This document shows, one piece after another, positions 37,104-43,822 of a stretch of DNA of 45,457 bases. The stretch lies in contig JAGLPS010000002.1 of NCBI GenBank assembly GCA_023137185.1, forward strand, positions 1 through 45,457, written 5' to 3'. The notes beneath the pieces are model-generated. The model saw nothing but the letters and a program-made list of their open reading frames with translations, was not told the origin of the DNA and did no database searches. The position numbers and the translations under genes were made by a program. The stretch comes from Minisyncoccota bacterium. Lineage in GTDB: Bacteria > Patescibacteriota > Minisyncoccia > Phycocordibacterales > JAGLPS01. Numbering within the stretch: the first letter of the stretch is position 1; the number at the start of each line of letters is the position of its first letter.

Positions 37104-37559
37104 ATGAACATCCAGGAACACACGACTCCGGAAAAGCTGGAAAAATACAGTTTTTTGTGGTCAGAGGCGCGGTTGGTTGTCACGTCCATTGCCTTGTTTA
37201 TGGGCGGAGTTTCTCCCTTATTGTTTTTTCTTCGAATGCCGATTTTCTATGGACTTATCGGCTCACTCCTCACATTCTCTTGGATTATTTCCGGCATTTC
37301 CGCGGGATATCTTTTATATCGCTGGGACAGAGGCGGCAGAAAACTTTTTGGCAAGAAAAAACAGCAAGACACTATTTCTTTTTTCGTGATGGTTGTAACT
37401 GGCCTTAATTTGGGACTTGCCGGGCTTTTTGGGATAAATATTGGCATTTTTATTTCCTCAAACAGGATAGTATTCGCGCTCACGGGTATTTTGTATCTCG
37501 TAACGGCCTTTTATCTCTACAAACGCTGGAACGAGTCAGGGAAGAGAATTTTTAAATAA
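37104..37559 (+). CDS. Hypothetical four-TM membrane protein
   Basis: Four hydrophobic segments; internally repeated YRWDRGGRKLF / KRWNESGKRIF motif. Confidence 0.75.
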   Translation: MNIQEHTTPEKLEKYSFLWSEARLVVTSIALFMGGVSPLLFFLRMPIFYGLIGSLLTFSWIISGISAGYLLYRWDRGGRKLFGKKKQQDTISFFVMVVTGLNLGLAGLFGINIGIFISSNRIVFALTGILYLVTAFYLYKRWNESGKRIFK

Positions 37560-37563
37560 AAAT

Positions 37564-37899
37564 ATGAAACCCATGACAGAATTTAAGAATTTTGAGGCGC
37601 TTGATATTAGGGTCGGAAAAATCGTGAATGTTGAAGACGCGCGGACAAAGAAACCGACATATCGTATTACAGTGGATTTTGGTTTGGAAATTGGAACTAA
37701 AATATCCTGCGGCGCGTATCGCAATTATTCAAAAGAAAGTCTGATTGGGAAATTGGTGGTTGCGGTTGTGAACTTCGGCACAAAACAAATGGGTCCTGAA
37801 AAATCCGAAGTTCTTATTTTGGGTATTCCGAACGAAAAAGGAGAAACTATTTATCTTACTTCAGAATCAGATGTATCTCTTGGTGTTGAAGTTTTTTAA
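37564..37899 (+). CDS. CsaA/Trbp111-like tRNA-binding protein
   Basis: LDIRVGKI, VDFG, VVNF and SEVLILG OB-fold motifs. Confidence 0.88.
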   Translation: MKPMTEFKNFEALDIRVGKIVNVEDARTKKPTYRITVDFGLEIGTKISCGAYRNYSKESLIGKLVVAVVNFGTKQMGPEKSEVLILGIPNEKGETIYLTSESDVSLGVEVF

Positions 37900-37924
37900 A
37901 AGTGACGATGGTTATATCTTGATT

Positions 37925-38404
37925 ATGTCAAAAATGAAAATCAGCGCGGGAATTTTAATGTACAGAATAAAAGGAGGTAGCCCCGAAGTTCTTTTAGTGC
38001 ATCCGGGCGGGCCGTTTTATGCGAAAAAAGACGATGGAGTATGGAGTATACCTAAAGGAGAAGCCGACAGTGGGAAAGACGGAGAGCAATTACTTGATGT
38101 TGCGAAAAGAGAATTTGCAGAGGAAACGAGTTTTAAAATACAAGGTCATTTTACATTTTTGGGAACGGTGGAAAGAAAGAGCTACAAAATTGTGCATACG
38201 TGGGCGCTTGAAGGAGACTGCGACCCCGCGCAGATAAAAAGCAATATAATATTCATTGACTGGCCTCCGCGAACAGGAAAGAAAATGAAAATTCCTGAAG
38301 TTGATAGGGGGGCTTTCTTTGCTTTGGAGGAGGCAAAAAAGAAAATTTCTCCATATCAAGTGGGGACTATTGAAGCGTTTGAAAAATTGATTTTGAAAAG
38401 CTAA
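37925..38404 (+). CDS. NUDIX family hydrolase
   Basis: VHPGGP, WSIPKGE, AKREFAEET, PEVDR. Confidence 0.9.
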   Translation: MSKMKISAGILMYRIKGGSPEVLLVHPGGPFYAKKDDGVWSIPKGEADSGKDGEQLLDVAKREFAEETSFKIQGHFTFLGTVERKSYKIVHTWALEGDCDPAQIKSNIIFIDWPPRTGKKMKIPEVDRGAFFALEEAKKKISPYQVGTIEAFEKLILKS

Positions 38405-38430
38405 AAAATTCTTCTTACCCTCTTTTTTAT

Positions 38431-38588
38431 TGGAAGCGACCATTTATCTCCGTCCGCTTGCGGCGGGGATGAATGGTCGCGCAATAATCGGGGCGAGCGG
38501 AGCTCGCTCCCATCCAACAAAGTTTCCCCGATGCCGTCCGTGAATACTCCGTCAGCTTGCTGTGGGGATCGACGGGCGGCAAACTTTA
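38431..38588. mobile_element. Non-autonomous palindromic element with two related hairpins
   Basis: Hairpin units CCGTCCGCTTGCGGCGGGGAT and CCGTCAGCTTGCTGTGGGGAT; both ends shared with 20217-20275. Confidence 0.6.
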
Positions 38589-38614
38589 TACGCGAAATTG
38601 ATATACTTCCTAAT

Positions 38615-39088
38615 ATGCCAGACGCAAATTTAGAAATATCACAAAAAGAAACATATTTGAAAGCCATTGAAAACAGCGCGGGAAGCAGGCAGTACAATTC
38701 TCTATATGTTAGATTCAAAAATAGCGGAAAGACGAAAGATATTTTAGAGAATGGAGAGTATTCTTGCGCTGTGTTTGTAAGCTCACTTCTTTTTCTTGCT
38801 GGTATTATAGATAAACAGCGGGCGACTGTAGAAAGTTTAAAAAAATTTTGCGAAAGGAGTAATAATTGGAAACAAATAAATAATGATAAAGTGCAAGCGG
38901 GAGATGTTATCTTCTGGGAAAAGAAAAAATATAAAGAAGAAACAGAGCACTCTCACGCAGGATTCGCGTTGAATGGCAAAGAAGCGGTTTCTACTTTTTA
39001 TAAAGAGAAAAAAGTTATTAAACATTCAATATACGAGAGAGATGTTGATGTTGTGTATAGACACTTGTGGTTTGCCGAGAGTAATTAA
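38615..39088 (+). CDS. Hypothetical protein with NlpC/P60-like Cys-His motifs
   Basis: SCAVFVS, AGDVIFW, HAGF. TATACT lies 7 nt upstream of ATG 38615. Confidence 0.65.
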   Translation: MPDANLEISQKETYLKAIENSAGSRQYNSLYVRFKNSGKTKDILENGEYSCAVFVSSLLFLAGIIDKQRATVESLKKFCERSNNWKQINNDKVQAGDVIFWEKKKYKEETEHSHAGFALNGKEAVSTFYKEKKVIKHSIYERDVDVVYRHLWFAESN

Positions 39089-39139
39089 AGATTTCCACGC
39101 AGGGGATATGTATTAATTACTTTTAGCCGTTTACTACTA

Positions 39140-39302
39140 TCTTCAAGGTTGAACCTTGAAGAACAGAGTGACATCAATTATGCACGAGCGTGCATAATTG
39201 ATGTCACTACAAATTACAAATATAAGTCCTCGCGACAGACTTCTCACAGAAGTTAAAAGTCGAAAGTTTATATACCACAACTTGGAAGCTAAGCTTTCAA
39301 GT
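39140..39302. repeat. Cluster of palindromes
   Basis: 39140-39162 (family P core AGGTT-G-AACCT), 39167-39208 (20-bp arms, spacer AG), 39280-39302 (family Q). Confidence 0.8.
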
Positions 39303-39387
39303 CCATTGTTTTATAAATTTTGTAGTAGTATACTTAAAAGAGATTTGTATCTTGCGTGAAGTTTTCCTTCAGAAAGGAGGTAAGTCT

Positions 39388-39438
39388 ATGAAATGTTGTC
39401 AGTGTGTTTTTGACCATTGGCGTATCTTAGCGAAATGA
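39388..39438 (+). CDS. Candidate 16-aa micropeptide MKCCQCVFDHWRILAK
   Basis: Promoter TTGTTT-17-TATACT, SD AGAAAGGAGGT, terminator at 39455-39487. Confidence 0.4.
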   Translation: MKCCQCVFDHWRILAK

Positions 39439-39454
39439 CAAACCCTCGCTGGGT

Positions 39455-39487
39455 AAAGGGCGGTTTCCATCAAAACCGCCCTTTTTT
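39455..39487 (+). terminator. Intrinsic terminator
   Basis: AAAGGGCGGTTT / AAACCGCCCTTT followed by Ts. Confidence 0.8.
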
Positions 39488-39578
39488 ATTTAAAAACATT
39501 GTTTAAAAACTTTTTTGTGCTACTCTCTTAGCCAGTAGTTCTTACATATTGAAACCAATAATAAAGGAGGTGGAGCTG

Positions 39579-39896
39579 ATGGAAAGAATGACTAAATCAG
39601 AATCTTCTAGACATTTCTTAATTCGATTTATCCGATTATTTTTGTGGTTGCCTCTGGTTGTTCGGGAGGCAAGAATTCAAGGTAGACGCACTGTATATGG
39701 TTGCTTTTGTTTTGCGGCTGCTGAATCTGGTTGTATAGTTTTTACGCTTGTTTTTTTCATTTCTGCTGCAGCCGCTTTCAATTCCTCTTTTCCTCTGGTA
39801 GCGATGCTTTCCACTGTTTTTTTAGGCGCTTATCTTTATGTTGGTTTGGTTATCCGATCTGATTTGCTAAGCAAATTTGGCACCAGTCCTTTCTAA
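39579..39896 (+). CDS. Orphan membrane protein
   Basis: SD AAAGGAGGTG before ATG 39579; hydrophobic segments; terminator at 39903-39936. Confidence 0.6.
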   Translation: MERMTKSESSRHFLIRFIRLFLWLPLVVREARIQGRRTVYGCFCFAAAESGCIVFTLVFFISAAAAFNSSFPLVAMLSTVFLGAYLYVGLVIRSDLLSKFGTSPF

Positions 39897-39902
39897 GGAT
39901 AC

Positions 39903-39936
39903 ACCTCGTTTCGCGGTATCGCGAAACGAGGTTTTT
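39903..39936 (+). terminator. Intrinsic terminator
   Basis: ACCTCGTTTCGCG / CGCGAAACGAGGT followed by TTTT. Confidence 0.75.
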
Positions 39937-39940
39937 GTTT

Positions 39941-40326
39941 ACCCCCACACTAAACTTTGGCATTGTCGTGTCCCTTCGGTCGTCCCTACGGCAGATCTCC
40001 CGTAGGGACGACCATAGGGAGACAGTATTTTCAAGGACAATGTAACTGTAAAAAGTATGGCTGTGCTTCCCGATATTATGAATACATCGGCTTAGGCGAC
40101 AAAATACTATGTGTCTGTGGACACGGCGTGTCCACAGGTCTACATACAAAGGGGTTTACGGAGGCGAGGTTTTTGGAAAGGCAAAAGAAGTTAGAATCGT
40201 TGAAGCTTTTTATTAACCAGAATCAGACGATCGTCTGATTCTGGTTAAAGAGATTCTGAAAGAAAGTTCAACAGTGTTACGAGGTTGAAAAGTTGTTCTT
40301 ATTGAGGTTTACAAAGGTGTGGGGGT
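39941..40326. mobile_element. MITE-like element with ACCCCCACAC / GTGTGGGGGT termini
   Basis: 10-bp inverted termini. Contains palindromes at 39978-40013 and 40213-40248 and a core (40022-40109) repeated at 42615-42704. Confidence 0.6.
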
Positions 40327-40340
40327 GTACAATAAAGATT

Positions 40341-41189
40341 ATGAAAAATTTTCTGATTCGATTTTGTGTTCTTGTTTTTCTCGTTGTCGCGAATGTTTTT
40401 ATATGGACAGCTGAAGCAGGGAGTAAAGAATTAACTGTCGCGTTTTTAGATATCGGGCAAGGAGACGCGATTTATATTGAAACGCCCAACGGAACACAGG
40501 TTTTGATTGACGGTGGAAGAGGGAAACAAATACTGCGCGCTCTAGGAGACGTGATGCCTCTCTCTGACCGTTCAATTGATATTGTTATCGCGACACATCC
40601 CGACGCGGACCACATAGGCGGGCTTTCTGACGTGTTTGAAAGATATGATATAGGAGTGTTTCTTGAATCGGGTGCGGTGAATGATACAAACATCGCAAAG
40701 GAATTGGAAAAGTTTGTTTTAGGTGAAGGATTAATTCCCATTCTTGCCCGAAGAGGAATGAAACTTTCTCTTGATGAGAATGTTTTTCTCCATATTCTTT
40801 TTCCTGACAGAGATGTTTCGCGTACAGACCCCAATGACGGCTCAATCATTGCCCGTCTTGTGTATGGCGAGTCCAGTTTTCTTTTTACAGGAGACGCATC
40901 GAAGGGGGTAGAAAATTATTTAGTGAAATTGGACGGTGTAGCGCTTCAAAGCGATGTTTTAAAAACGGGGCATCACGGCTCTAAGACATCCACATCAGCG
41001 CTTTTCATTTCCACTGTGACTCCCCAGTACGCGATAATTTCTGCGGGAAAAAATAATTCATACGGACACCCTCATCAGGAGGTGCTTGACACACTTTCTG
41101 ATTTTGACGCGCAGATTCTCAAAACCTTTGAAGAAGGAAATATTATTTTTACTTCAAACGGAGGAGAACCAGTATGCAGAAACAAATAA
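40341..41189 (+). CDS. ComEC/Rec2 C-terminal metallo-beta-lactamase-fold nuclease
   Basis: LDIGQGDA, THPDADHIGG, FTGD, GHHGS, NSYGHP; N-terminal TM helix. Confidence 0.92.
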   Translation: MKNFLIRFCVLVFLVVANVFIWTAEAGSKELTVAFLDIGQGDAIYIETPNGTQVLIDGGRGKQILRALGDVMPLSDRSIDIVIATHPDADHIGGLSDVFERYDIGVFLESGAVNDTNIAKELEKFVLGEGLIPILARRGMKLSLDENVFLHILFPDRDVSRTDPNDGSIIARLVYGESSFLFTGDASKGVENYLVKLDGVALQSDVLKTGHHGSKTSTSALFISTVTPQYAIISAGKNNSYGHPHQEVLDTLSDFDAQILKTFEEGNIIFTSNGGEPVCRNK

Positions 41190-41271
41190 CTTGTAACTGG
41201 AAACAAATAACAAATAACTTATAACAAGTAACGTATAACTAAGAACAAATAACTTATAACAGATAATAAAT
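41181..41271. repeat. Heptamer tandem array (13 units, AACNNNT-like)
   Basis: aacaaat aacttgt aactgga aacaaat aacaaat aacttat aacaagt aacgtat aactaag aacaaat aacttat aacagat aataaat. Confidence 0.8.
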
Positions 41272-41353
41272 TAACTTTTGACTAAATTTCTTTATGATGA
41301 TATAAATAATTTCAGAAATAACCTGTTCGTAAAAATCAAAAAAGGAGACTGGA

Positions 41354-41644
41354 ATGAACAAAATTATCAAATTTCTTATCCCGTTGGTTTTTTGGCTCTT
41401 TATGGTTTCTGACCATGTTGTTGTCATTAATGAATCTGGCAGTAAAACGGAATTGAATTTCTTTCTTACTTTCAAAGTACTTGGGCATCTTGTTTTTGTT
41501 GGGGGCGTAGTTTTAGCGTTTTTTTCTTGTAAGTTAGTTTTTACCATTTTCGTTATGTTCATTGCATATCTGGTCTTAGGACTCGCACTTGAACTTTTCT
41601 GGCGGTGTATATTTCGCAATCCGAGTTTCTTATTTTTTGAATAA
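41354..41644 (+). CDS. Orphan membrane protein
   Basis: SD AAAGGAG, three hydrophobic segments, terminator after the stop. Confidence 0.6.
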   Translation: MNKIIKFLIPLVFWLFMVSDHVVVINESGSKTELNFFLTFKVLGHLVFVGGVVLAFFSCKLVFTIFVMFIAYLVLGLALELFWRCIFRNPSFLFFE

Positions 41645-41646
41645 GT

Positions 41647-41682
41647 AAAAACCGCCTCGTTTTTCACGAGGCGATTTTTTTT
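41647..41682. terminator. Bidirectional terminator
   Basis: CGCCTCGT / ACGAGGCG with A and T tracts between convergent genes. Confidence 0.75.
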
Positions 41683-41684
41683 AT

Positions 41685-41927
41685 TTAAATTATTCCTGCT
41701 TTTTTGAGAGTGGCGTAGGCGCCGTTTTTTTGGATTGTTTTTATTGCTTTCGTGGAGAGATTCAGTGTAATAGATTTCTTAAGTTCCGGAACATAAATTC
41801 TTTTTCTCTGAAAATTAACAAACCTCCGTCTTTTCCCAGTCGGATTAAATTGTGTTGCGCGAGTACGGTTGCTGTATCCGCCGCCAACTTTTGAAGATTT
41901 ATTCGTAACGGGGCAAACTTTAGCCAT
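41685..41927 (-). CDS. rpmB: 50S ribosomal protein L28
   Basis: MAKVCPVT, KRRRFVNFQRKRIY, LSTKAIKTIQK. Confidence 0.9.
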   Translation of the reverse strand: MAKVCPVTNKSSKVGGGYSNRTRATQFNPTGKRRRFVNFQRKRIYVPELKKSITLNLSTKAIKTIQKNGAYATLKKAGII

Positions 41928-41965
41928 ATTTGTATAAGGACACATAGTATCATACTATATAGACT

Positions 41966-42583
41966 ATGCAAGGCATTGATTTTGTATTTAGTATCGCGAT
42001 TTTAATAATGTCTGTGGTTGCCCACGAGGTGGCACACGGATATGCGGCATATATGCTTGGGGATAAAACCGCTCAATATGCCGGTCGTCTTACTCTTAAT
42101 CCTGTAAAACATTTGGACCCTATCGGTTCGTTTCTTGTGCCTCTTATTTCATATACATTCGGTGGACTTATTTTTGGATGGGCTAAACCTGTGCCGTATA
42201 ATCCATATAACCTTCCTTCTAAAAAATGGGCAGAACCGTTTGTCGCTTCGGCTGGAATTTTGGCAAATCTTCTTATTGCTCTTGTGTTTGGGCTTATTCT
42301 GCGTTTTGGTGTTGGCTCGTTTCTCCCAGAAACTTTTGTACAACTCACCATAACATTGGTGGCTATAAATCTTGTGTTGGCGGTATTCAATTCCGTGCCA
42401 ATCCCGCCTTTAGATGGTTCAAAAATTCTTTTCGCGTTTCTACCCCCTTTCCATAGTGTTCGTCAATTTCTTGAGCAGAACGGCTTTTTTATTGTTCTTT
42501 TCTTTATCTTTTTCCTCTGGAGATTTATTATTCCGGTTGTAGGATTTCTGTTTTTTCTTATTACGGGCATTTCGATATTCTAA
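41966..42583 (+). CDS. Site-2 protease (M50 family)
   Basis: HEVAH, GRLTLNP, WAKPVP, FNSVPIPPLDG. Confidence 0.93.
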   Translation: MQGIDFVFSIAILIMSVVAHEVAHGYAAYMLGDKTAQYAGRLTLNPVKHLDPIGSFLVPLISYTFGGLIFGWAKPVPYNPYNLPSKKWAEPFVASAGILANLLIALVFGLILRFGVGSFLPETFVQLTITLVAINLVLAVFNSVPIPPLDGSKILFAFLPPFHSVRQFLEQNGFFIVLFFIFFLWRFIIPVVGFLFFLITGISIF

Positions 42584-42595
42584 AAAGGGACTTGT

Positions 42596-42728
42596 CCCCG
42601 CACCTGTTTTCCCGTAGTATTTTGTCGCTTAAGCCGAGATATATTCATAACATTGGAAAGTATAGCCATACTTTTTACAATTACATTATTCCTGAAAATA
42701 CTGTGACAACGGGGAAACAGGTGTGGGG
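42596..42728. mobile_element. MITE-like element, second copy
   Basis: Inverted termini CCCCGCACCTGTTTTCCCGT / ACGGGGAAACAGGTGTGGGG (18/20) around an inverted copy of the 40022-40109 core. Confidence 0.7.
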
Positions 42729-42852
42729 GCTTGCGTTTTTAAGCTTCTCATATTAAAGTATCCCTAATTGCTTTCAGAGCATTTTTTGTTTCCGTGGATT
42801 TTCTAGGAAACTAAAAGCTAATCCGCTGACTGGCGGACTAACAGCTATCCAT

Positions 42853-43269
42853 ATGTCAACAGTCAATCAATTAGTAAAAAGAAAAAGAAAGAAAAAAATA
42901 AAGAGAACAAAAACTCTGGCTCTTGCGCGTGGCTTTAATACAATAAAAAATTGTCCCTCGCTGTATGATTCTCCGTTTAAACGAGGTGTGTGCACGAAAG
43001 TTACCACAAAAACTCCGCGAAAACCCAACTCTGCTATTAGAAAAATTGCTCGTGTCCGTCTTACAAACGGGCAAGAAATTACCGCTTATATTCCCGGAAT
43101 GGGACACAATCTTCAAGAGCACGCGGTAGTGCTTGTTCGCGGAGGAAGAGTTCGTGACGTCGGACTTCGTTACACGGTAGTGCGTGGAGTTCTCGATACT
43201 GCTGGAGTTGAGGGCCGTAAAAAAGAAAGAAGCCGTTATGGTACAAAGAAACAAAAAAAAGAAGCGTAA
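42853..43269 (+). CDS. rpsL: 30S ribosomal protein S12
   Basis: [37 protein letters not shown]. Confidence 0.97.
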   Translation: MSTVNQLVKRKRKKKIKRTKTLALARGFNTIKNCPSLYDSPFKRGVCTKVTTKTPRKPNSAIRKIARVRLTNGQEITAYIPGMGHNLQEHAVVLVRGGRVRDVGLRYTVVRGVLDTAGVEGRKKERSRYGTKKQKKEA

Positions 43270-43272
43270 TTT

Positions 43273-43743
43273 ATGCGAAGAAAGATAACAAAAAAACTTG
43301 AGATTCAGCCTGATTCGGTATATAACTCCGTAAAAGTAACGAAGCTTATTAATTTTGTAATGAAGAGCGGAAAGAAAAATACCGCGCGCAAAATTGTGTA
43401 CGGCGCCTTTGACGTAATTAAAGAGAAGGTAAAAGAGGAAGACCCGCTTGAGATATTTGAAGCGGCACTCCGAAACACCGGACCAACAGTAGAAGTTCGT
43501 TCTCGCCGCGTTGGCGGAGCAAATTATCAGATTCCTCGCGAGGCGCGTCCCGAACGTCGTCAGTATTTGGCTATAAAATGGATTATTGACGCGGCGGGAA
43601 GTAAAACAGGTTCTCCTATGCAGGAACGTCTTGCTGAAGAATTTTTGCTTGCAAGCAAAAATGAAGGGGAGGCAGTAAAGAAAAAAGAAAATACTCACAA
43701 GATGGCAGAGGCAAACAAAGCATTTGCTCACTTCGCGTGGTAA
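43273..43743 (+). CDS. rpsG: 30S ribosomal protein S7
   Basis: [29 protein letters not shown]. Confidence 0.97.
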   Translation: MRRKITKKLEIQPDSVYNSVKVTKLINFVMKSGKKNTARKIVYGAFDVIKEKVKEEDPLEIFEAALRNTGPTVEVRSRRVGGANYQIPREARPERRQYLAIKWIIDAAGSKTGSPMQERLAEEFLLASKNEGEAVKKKENTHKMAEANKAFAHFAW

Positions 43744-43748
43744 GAAAG

Positions 43749-43818
43749 GCAGCTTTCAGCCTTTAGCTCTTAGTTTTTAGGGTTTCCTAAAAGCTAGAAG
43801 CTAGAAGCTAAAAACTAA
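43749..43818. repeat. Inverted heptamer arrays between rpsG and fusA
   Basis: (tttcagc ctttagc tcttagt ttttagg) facing (ctaaaag ctagaag ctagaag ctaaaaa). Confidence 0.75.
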
Positions 43819-43822
43819 TTGA

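Noticed and set aside
39957-40238. 93-aa Cys-rich ORF
   Set aside because: It lies wholly within repeat DNA, and the homologous core at 42615-42704 has a stop in the equivalent frame.
36333-40340. Integron cassette array
   Set aside because: No IntI in the window (the recombinase at 7047 shows no obvious IntI insertion) and no repeated attC-type sites were recognised.
3920-43731. Long antisense ORFs such as 3920-4555, 15692-16267, 17794-18687, 29297-29983 and 42871-43731
   Set aside because: They are shadows of well-supported genes on the opposite strand and have no recognisable motifs.
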